Assembly: GCA_964483405.1 (NCBI GenBank)
Contig: CAZABC010000002.1
Coordinates: forward strand, 39,756 to 103,755
DNA from: an uncultured Anaerolineaceae bacterium
GTDB taxonomy: Bacteria; Chloroflexota; Limnocylindria; Limnocylindrales; CSP1-4
Reading direction: 5' to 3'
DNA length: 64,000 bases
Shown: positions 59,194-64,000 of the stretch, piece after piece
How the letters are laid out: the number at the start of each line of letters is the position of its first letter
Numbering within the stretch: the first letter of the stretch is position 1
The notes under the pieces: generated by a model
Told to the model about the DNA's origin: nothing
The model's database searches: none
The model's input: the letters and a program-made list of their open reading frames with translations, nothing else
Translations under genes and position numbers: made by a program

Positions 59194-59718
59194 TCAGCCT
59201 GCCGGGCCGACCTCGCGGACGAAGTCGGCGATCTCATCGAGCGCCGCCTCGGCGACCGGTCGGAGGGTGTGCCCGAGGCGCGGCCAGGTGACGAGCCGGC
59301 CGTCGGGCAGCAGCGGCAGCGCCGCGCGGAGGAGGTCGATCCGGGCGAACGGGTCCGACTCGCCCGACAGGAGGAGGGCCGGGCAGGCGACGCGGGGCCA
59401 GTGGGCGACCCGCGTCTCGCCTTCGGGGGCGCCGGGTCGGTGGAGCGGGTAGCTGAGACAGACCAGTCCCGCGAAGACCCGCTCGCCGCCGGCGGCGGCG
59501 AGGCTGGCGACCCGACCGCCGTAGGAGTGCCCGCCGACGATGACGCCCGGGCGGTCCGGCACCTGGGCCAGGAGCGCGGGCACGGCGTCCTCGGCCCGCC
59601 GGCGCGGCAGCGAAAGGGCGTGCGCCTCGATCCCGCGGCGGTCCAGCCCGTCGATCCAGGGAGCCATCGACGACGCGTCGCCGCTCGCGCCGTGTCCGAG
59701 ATAGACGATCGGATCCAT
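59194..59718 (-). CDS. Small alpha/beta-fold hydrolase (dienelactone-hydrolase / KANL3-like)
   Basis: 174 aa from ATG 59718: VYLGHGASGD...GGHSYGGRVASL (nucleophile elbow)...GESDPF...LGHTL. Confidence 0.7.
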   Translation of the reverse strand: MDPIVYLGHGASGDASSMAPWIDGLDRRGIEAHALSLPRRRAEDAVPALLAQVPDRPGVIVGGHSYGGRVASLAAAGGERVFAGLVCLSYPLHRPGAPEGETRVAHWPRVACPALLLSGESDPFARIDLLRAALPLLPDGRLVTWPRLGHTLRPVAEAALDEIADFVREVGPAG

Positions 59719-59812
59719 CGGTCGGAGCGTACCGCCGCGGTCCGGTGTCGTCCGGGCCGGTACGGTCGGGTGGTTGCGACATCGCCGGCCGGCCGGTAGG
59801 CTCCCCCGACGT

Positions 59813-61378
59813 ATGTTCGTCCGGTTCGCGCGGCTCGCCCTCGCCGCCATCCTCGCCCTGCCCCTCGCGACCGCCGCCGGGGCCTCCATCGGGGCCGCGC
59901 CCGCCTCCGCGGCGTCTCCGTGCGCCCCGTGGCCGACGTCCTACGCCACGCCGTTTACCATCCGGGTGCTCCGGACCGAGACCGGGACGGTCGAGACGGT
60001 GCCCTTCCGGACCTACGTCGAGAACGTCATGTCGTGGGAGTGGCCGGCCAGCTACCCGGAGGCCGCGCTCCGGGTCGGGGCGATCGCCGTCAAGCAGTAC
60101 GCCCTCTACTACCTGATGTCGCCGCGCGGCTGGTACGAGACGGACGGTGGCGAGTGCTACCACGTCCGAGACGACAGCTGGGACCAGGTCTACGACCCGC
60201 TCAACGGCGACGGGAAGCCGCGGGTCATCGCCGCGTCGATCAAGGACGCCGTCGCCGCGACTTGGACCGTGACGATGCGCCGCGACGGCCGGTTCTTCCT
60301 GCCCCACTACTGGGGCGGGGAGAGCGACGTCTGCGGGGCGAAGGTCGACCGACCGTCGGTCACCTGGCTGCCGCAGCGCGAAGTCCGCGCCTGTGCCATC
60401 GCCGGCATGTCGCGCGACGAGATCCTGTCGCTCTACCTCGGCCCGGAGCTCGGGGTCGCGAACGCGATCCGCCGGTTCGGCCCCGACCGCTTCGAGACGG
60501 CGGCGGCGATCGCGGCCGCCAGCGTCGAGCCGGGGGCCTCGGTCGTCTACGTCGCGTCCGGGCTCGACTTCCCGGACGCGCTCGCCGCCGGGCCGGCAGC
60601 GGCTCTCGGCGGCGGCGCCGTGCTCCTCGTCTGGCCCGACGCCGTGCCGGCGGCGGCGGCGCAGCAGCTCGAGCGGATCGGGCCCGCCCGCATCCGGGTC
60701 GTCGGCGGTCCGTCGGTCGTCGACGACACCGTCCTCGCGGCGCTCGGGGCGTACGGCGCCGACGTCGCCCGGCTCTCGGGGCCGACCCGCTACGATACAG
60801 CGCTCGCGGTCGTCGAGGACGCCTTCGCCGACCCGGTCGAGACCATCTTCGTCGCCACCGGCCGGACCTTCCCCGACGCCCTCGCCGGCAGCGCGGCGGC
60901 CGCCCGCCTGGGGGCCCCGGTCGTCCTCGTCCCGGGCGACGCGCTGCCCGACGAGGCGCTCGCGACGCGGATCGCCGACCTCGTCGGCCGGCTCGCGCCG
61001 ACGACGATCCGGGTCCTCGGCGGTCCGTCGGCGGTCGGCGAGGACACGGCCGCCTGGCTCGCCTCGCTCGGGCCGACGGTCGAGCGGCTGGCCGGCGTCG
61101 ACCGCTACGAGACGGCGGCGGCGATCTCGGCCGCGGTCTACGGGTCGACCGAGCCACGGGTCCACCTCGCGACGGGCCTGGACTTCCCCGACGCCCTCGC
61201 CGGCGGGCCGCTCGGCGGGCCGCTCCTGCTCGTGAAGGGGACGGCCATCCCGGCCGCGGTCGCCGCCGAGGTCGAGCGGCTGGAGCCGGCACGCCTCGTC
61301 GTGCTCGGCGGCCCGACGGTCGTCGGCGACGGCATCGTCACTGCGGTCGCCCGGATCCGTTGGCCGATCGCGCAGTGA
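59813..61378 (+). CDS. Secreted protein with an N-terminal SpoIID/LytB-like domain and three C-terminal cell-wall-binding repeat 2 (CWB2) modules
   Basis: Signal peptide. The N-domain reads AALRVGAIAVKQYALYY. Three repeats follow of the form V(Y/F)VA(S/T)G(L/R)(D/T)FPDALAG...LLV. Confidence 0.75.
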   Translation: MFVRFARLALAAILALPLATAAGASIGAAPASAASPCAPWPTSYATPFTIRVLRTETGTVETVPFRTYVENVMSWEWPASYPEAALRVGAIAVKQYALYYLMSPRGWYETDGGECYHVRDDSWDQVYDPLNGDGKPRVIAASIKDAVAATWTVTMRRDGRFFLPHYWGGESDVCGAKVDRPSVTWLPQREVRACAIAGMSRDEILSLYLGPELGVANAIRRFGPDRFETAAAIAAASVEPGASVVYVASGLDFPDALAAGPAAALGGGAVLLVWPDAVPAAAAQQLERIGPARIRVVGGPSVVDDTVLAALGAYGADVARLSGPTRYDTALAVVEDAFADPVETIFVATGRTFPDALAGSAAAARLGAPVVLVPGDALPDEALATRIADLVGRLAPTTIRVLGGPSAVGEDTAAWLASLGPTVERLAGVDRYETAAAISAAVYGSTEPRVHLATGLDFPDALAGGPLGGPLLLVKGTAIPAAVAAEVERLEPARLVVLGGPTVVGDGIVTAVARIRWPIAQ

Positions 61379-61980
61379 GCGGCAGCTCGGTCGCCGCGGC
61401 CGACGCCGGCGGCCGCCCGCGGTGCTGGTGGGCCGGCGACGAACGCGTCGACCCGCTGATGGCGCGCTATCACGACGAGGAGTGGGGGGTCCCGGTGGTC
61501 GACGACACCGAGCTCTTCGAACGGCTCGCCCTCGAGTCGTTCCAGGCCGGCCTGTCCTGGTCGACGATCCTCCGCAAGCGGGCGGCGTTCCGGTCCGCCT
61601 TCCGCGGCTTCGAGCCGGCCGTCGTGGCCGGCTTCGACGACGCCGACCGGGCACGCCTCCTCGCCGATGCCGGGATCGTCCGCAACCGGGCGAAGATCGA
61701 CGCGACCATCGCGAACGCGGGCCACGCCCTCGAGGTCATCGCCGAGCACGGCTCACTCGCCGCGTATCTCGCCGGCCGCTGCCCGTCGCCGCCGCCGACG
61801 CGCCCGGCCGGGACGACATGGGTCGACCTCCCGGCGACGACGCCGGTCTCCGATGCGCTCTCGGCCGACCTGAAGCGGCGCGGCTTCCGATTCGTCGGGT
61901 CGACGATCGTCTACGCCTTCATGCAGTCGGTCGGGCTCGTCGACGATCACCTGCCGGGCTGCTTCCGCTACCGCGGCTGA
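61375..61980 (+). CDS. tag: DNA-3-methyladenine glycosylase I
   Basis: RCWWAGDERVDPLMARYHDEEWGVP and FVGSTIVYAFMQSVGLVDDH are the Tag signature. The GTG start overlaps the upstream stop (GTGA). Confidence 0.85.
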   Translation: MSGSSVAAADAGGRPRCWWAGDERVDPLMARYHDEEWGVPVVDDTELFERLALESFQAGLSWSTILRKRAAFRSAFRGFEPAVVAGFDDADRARLLADAGIVRNRAKIDATIANAGHALEVIAEHGSLAAYLAGRCPSPPPTRPAGTTWVDLPATTPVSDALSADLKRRGFRFVGSTIVYAFMQSVGLVDDHLPGCFRYRG

Positions 61981-62098
61981 GAGGTCGAGTCGCGACCCGC
62001 TGCGCCGCCGCGCCTGGGGCGCGGATGCGACAATGCGGCCCGCACGCGCCGGACGCCGATCCGGCGCCCGGAGGGAACCCGCAGCCCAGGGGAGTCGG

Positions 62099-62764
62099 AT
62101 GGACCCGCGCAAGTACGCCGCCGAGCTGGTCGGCACCTTCGTCTTCTTCGCGATCGGCTTCACGTCGGTCCAGGCGGCCATCGCGGCCGATGTAACGCCG
62201 TTCCTCGCCGTGCCGTTCTCGTTCGGCCTCGGCCTGCTGGGGGCGGTCTACGCGTTCGGCCACGTGTCGGGCGGCCACTTCAACCCGGCCGTCACCGTCG
62301 CGATGGTCCTCGACCGCCGGACGACGCCGCTCGACGCGGTCGGCTATATCGTCGCCCAGGTCGTCGGCGCGATCGGCGCCGCGGCGCTCGTCGTCTATCT
62401 CTTCGGCGAGACCGGCGCCACGTCCGTCCTCACCGCCCCCAGCGGTGGCCTCGAGGGCAACGACATCGGGACGTTGGTCGCCGAGACGGTCATGACCGCG
62501 GCGTTCGTGCTGGTCATCCTCGCCTCGACCCGGAAGAGCCCCGCCGTCGCCGGGATCGTCATCCCGCTGACGCTCGTCGGGATCCACTTCGCGATCGCGT
62601 CGCTGACCGGCGCGTCGGTCAACCCGGCCCGATCGATCGGCCCGGCCGTGCTCGCCATGGACTTCGGCGCCCTCTGGATCTATCTCGTCGGACCCATCGT
62701 CGGGGCGGTCATCGCCTGGGGGATCTGGGCCGCGATGGGCGACCGCGAGGCCGCCGCGGCCTGA
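62099..62764 (+). CDS. MIP-family aquaporin / glycerol facilitator
   Basis: Two NPA boxes (HFNPAVT, SVNPARS) and six TM helices. Confidence 0.85.
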   Translation: MDPRKYAAELVGTFVFFAIGFTSVQAAIAADVTPFLAVPFSFGLGLLGAVYAFGHVSGGHFNPAVTVAMVLDRRTTPLDAVGYIVAQVVGAIGAAALVVYLFGETGATSVLTAPSGGLEGNDIGTLVAETVMTAAFVLVILASTRKSPAVAGIVIPLTLVGIHFAIASLTGASVNPARSIGPAVLAMDFGALWIYLVGPIVGAVIAWGIWAAMGDREAAAA

Positions 62765-62781
62765 CGGTCGCCCCGAGCCGG

Positions 62782-63939
62782 CTAGCCCGCGACCGGGTCG
62801 GCGCCCGCCGGCCCGGTCGTTCCGTCGCCGGCGGGTGACGCGGCGTCGGTCGCCGGATCGCCGGCGCCCGCGGGACCGGTCGCGCCGGCCGCGACCGGTC
62901 GGCCGGCCGTTGGCAGGGTCGGCAGCGGCTTCCCGCCCTCGGCGAGCCAGCACGCCGCGGTCTGCCCGCCGCCGACGTCGAAGAGCGGCGGCGCCTCGGT
63001 CTCGCAGCGGTCGAACCGGAGCGGGCAGCGGGGGTGGAAGCGACAGCCCGGCGGGATCCGCGCCGCGTCGGGCGTCTCGCCCTCGAGGATCGTCCGCTGG
63101 AGCGGCGCACCGGCCTGCGGCGGGTCGGGCGTCGGCGACACGCTGACGAGCGCCGCGGTGTACGGGTGGTGAGGAGCCCGGATGACCCGGTCGGCCGGCC
63201 CGAGCTCCATGATCTTGCCGAGGTACATCACCGCGATCCGGTCGGCGATCACCCAGGCGAGCGACAGGTCATGGGTGATGAAGAGGTACGTCAGGGCGCG
63301 CTCCTCGCGCAGGTCGAGCATCAGCCGAAGGAGCTCGGTCCGGATCGACACGTCGAGCATCGAGACCGGCTCATCGGCGACGACGACCTCGGGGCCCATC
63401 GCGAGGGCGCCGGCGATGACGACGCGCTGCCGCTGGCCGCCCGAGAGCTCGTGGGGGTAGCGGAAGGCGAAATCGGCCGCCGGGCGCAGCCCGGCCGCGT
63501 CGAGCGCGGCGAGGACGCGCTCCTCCTTCTCGGCGAGCGACTTGACGAGCCCGTTCACCTCGAGCGGCTCCGCGACGAAGTCGTGGATCGTCTGCTTGGG
63601 GTTGAGGGTCTCGTACGGGTCCTGGAAGATGATCTGGACCCGCCGGCGGTAGTCCCGCAGGCGCCTCTGGCCCCACAGCGACGAGACGTCCTGGCCGTCG
63701 TACTCGATCCGGCCCGCCGTCTGGCGGGTCAGCTTCACGATGACCCGACCCGTCGTCGTCTTGCCGGAACCCGACTCCCCGACGAGCGCGAGGACCTCGC
63801 CGCGCCGGATCGTGAGGTCGATGCCGTCGACGGCCCGGATCGCCCCGACCGGCCGCCGCAGGAGGATGTCGAGGAGGCTGCCGCGCATCGGGAAGTGGAC
63901 CTCGAGGCCTTCGACCCGGAAGAGGTCCTCGCCGCTCAC
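62782..63939 (-). CDS. oppF: Oligopeptide/dipeptide ABC transporter ATP-binding protein (OppF/DppF-type)
   Basis: Walker A GESGSGKTT, signature LSGGQRQR, Walker B VVVADEP, and the Opp-type C-terminal extension. The GTG start overlaps the upstream stop. Confidence 0.85.
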   Translation of the reverse strand: MSGEDLFRVEGLEVHFPMRGSLLDILLRRPVGAIRAVDGIDLTIRRGEVLALVGESGSGKTTTGRVIVKLTRQTAGRIEYDGQDVSSLWGQRRLRDYRRRVQIIFQDPYETLNPKQTIHDFVAEPLEVNGLVKSLAEKEERVLAALDAAGLRPAADFAFRYPHELSGGQRQRVVIAGALAMGPEVVVADEPVSMLDVSIRTELLRLMLDLREERALTYLFITHDLSLAWVIADRIAVMYLGKIMELGPADRVIRAPHHPYTAALVSVSPTPDPPQAGAPLQRTILEGETPDAARIPPGCRFHPRCPLRFDRCETEAPPLFDVGGGQTAACWLAEGGKPLPTLPTAGRPVAAGATGPAGAGDPATDAASPAGDGTTGPAGADPVAG

Positions 63940-64000
63940 GGCGGACCCCCGGCGCCCGGACCGCCCGGAGCCACCGCCGTCGAGGCGACCGTCCCGGCGA
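63936..64000 (-). CDS. C-terminal fragment of the upstream gene, likely the first Opp/Dpp ATPase (OppD-type). Partial at the window edge.
   Basis: A minus-strand ORF runs into the window end and stops at 63936-63938, overlapping the oppF GTG. The call rests on operon logic only. Confidence 0.3.
   Translation of the reverse strand, partial: AGTVASTAVAPGGPGAGGPP

Overview
This window is a very GC-rich chromosomal stretch that looks like ordinary actinobacterial core genome: genes are dense on both strands, and I saw no CRISPR array, no transposase or integrase, and no atypical-GC island. The two-domain GNAT protein (mycothiol-synthase-like), a PAC2 family protein and SBBP and CWB2 repeat proteins fit a high-GC Gram-positive organism. 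About 63 protein-coding genes and one tRNA-His can be supported. Recognisable products include MoeA, a tungsten/molybdenum aldehyde:ferredoxin oxidoreductase with a MoaD-like gene, GlgC, PepA, adenosine deaminase, the B12-dependent class II ribonucleotide reductase NrdJ, CcsA, methionine aminopeptidase, YbaK, a DEAD-box helicase, Tag, an aquaporin and OppF. The features most worth a second look are: a 1443-aa multi-GAF histidine kinase with a standalone receiver and an adjacent ABC-2 transporter; a GreA domain carrying a ~270-aa N-terminal extension of unknown function; an AOR/MoaD/MoeA pterin-cofactor cluster with a 560-bp structured non-coding spacer; a three-gene operon (YbjN-like, membrane-anchored M1-like peptidase, TPR) joined by stop/start overlaps; candidate tandem NrdR boxes plus GTGGAC direct repeats upstream of nrdJ; a probable CTG start for the DEAD-box helicase; an ABC-2 permease split into two ORFs; and an orphan CcsA preceded by a small zinc-ribbon membrane protein. 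Long antisense 'shadow' ORFs are common at this GC content and were rejected. All calls come from reading the six-frame translations and the nucleotide sequence; no database searches were run.
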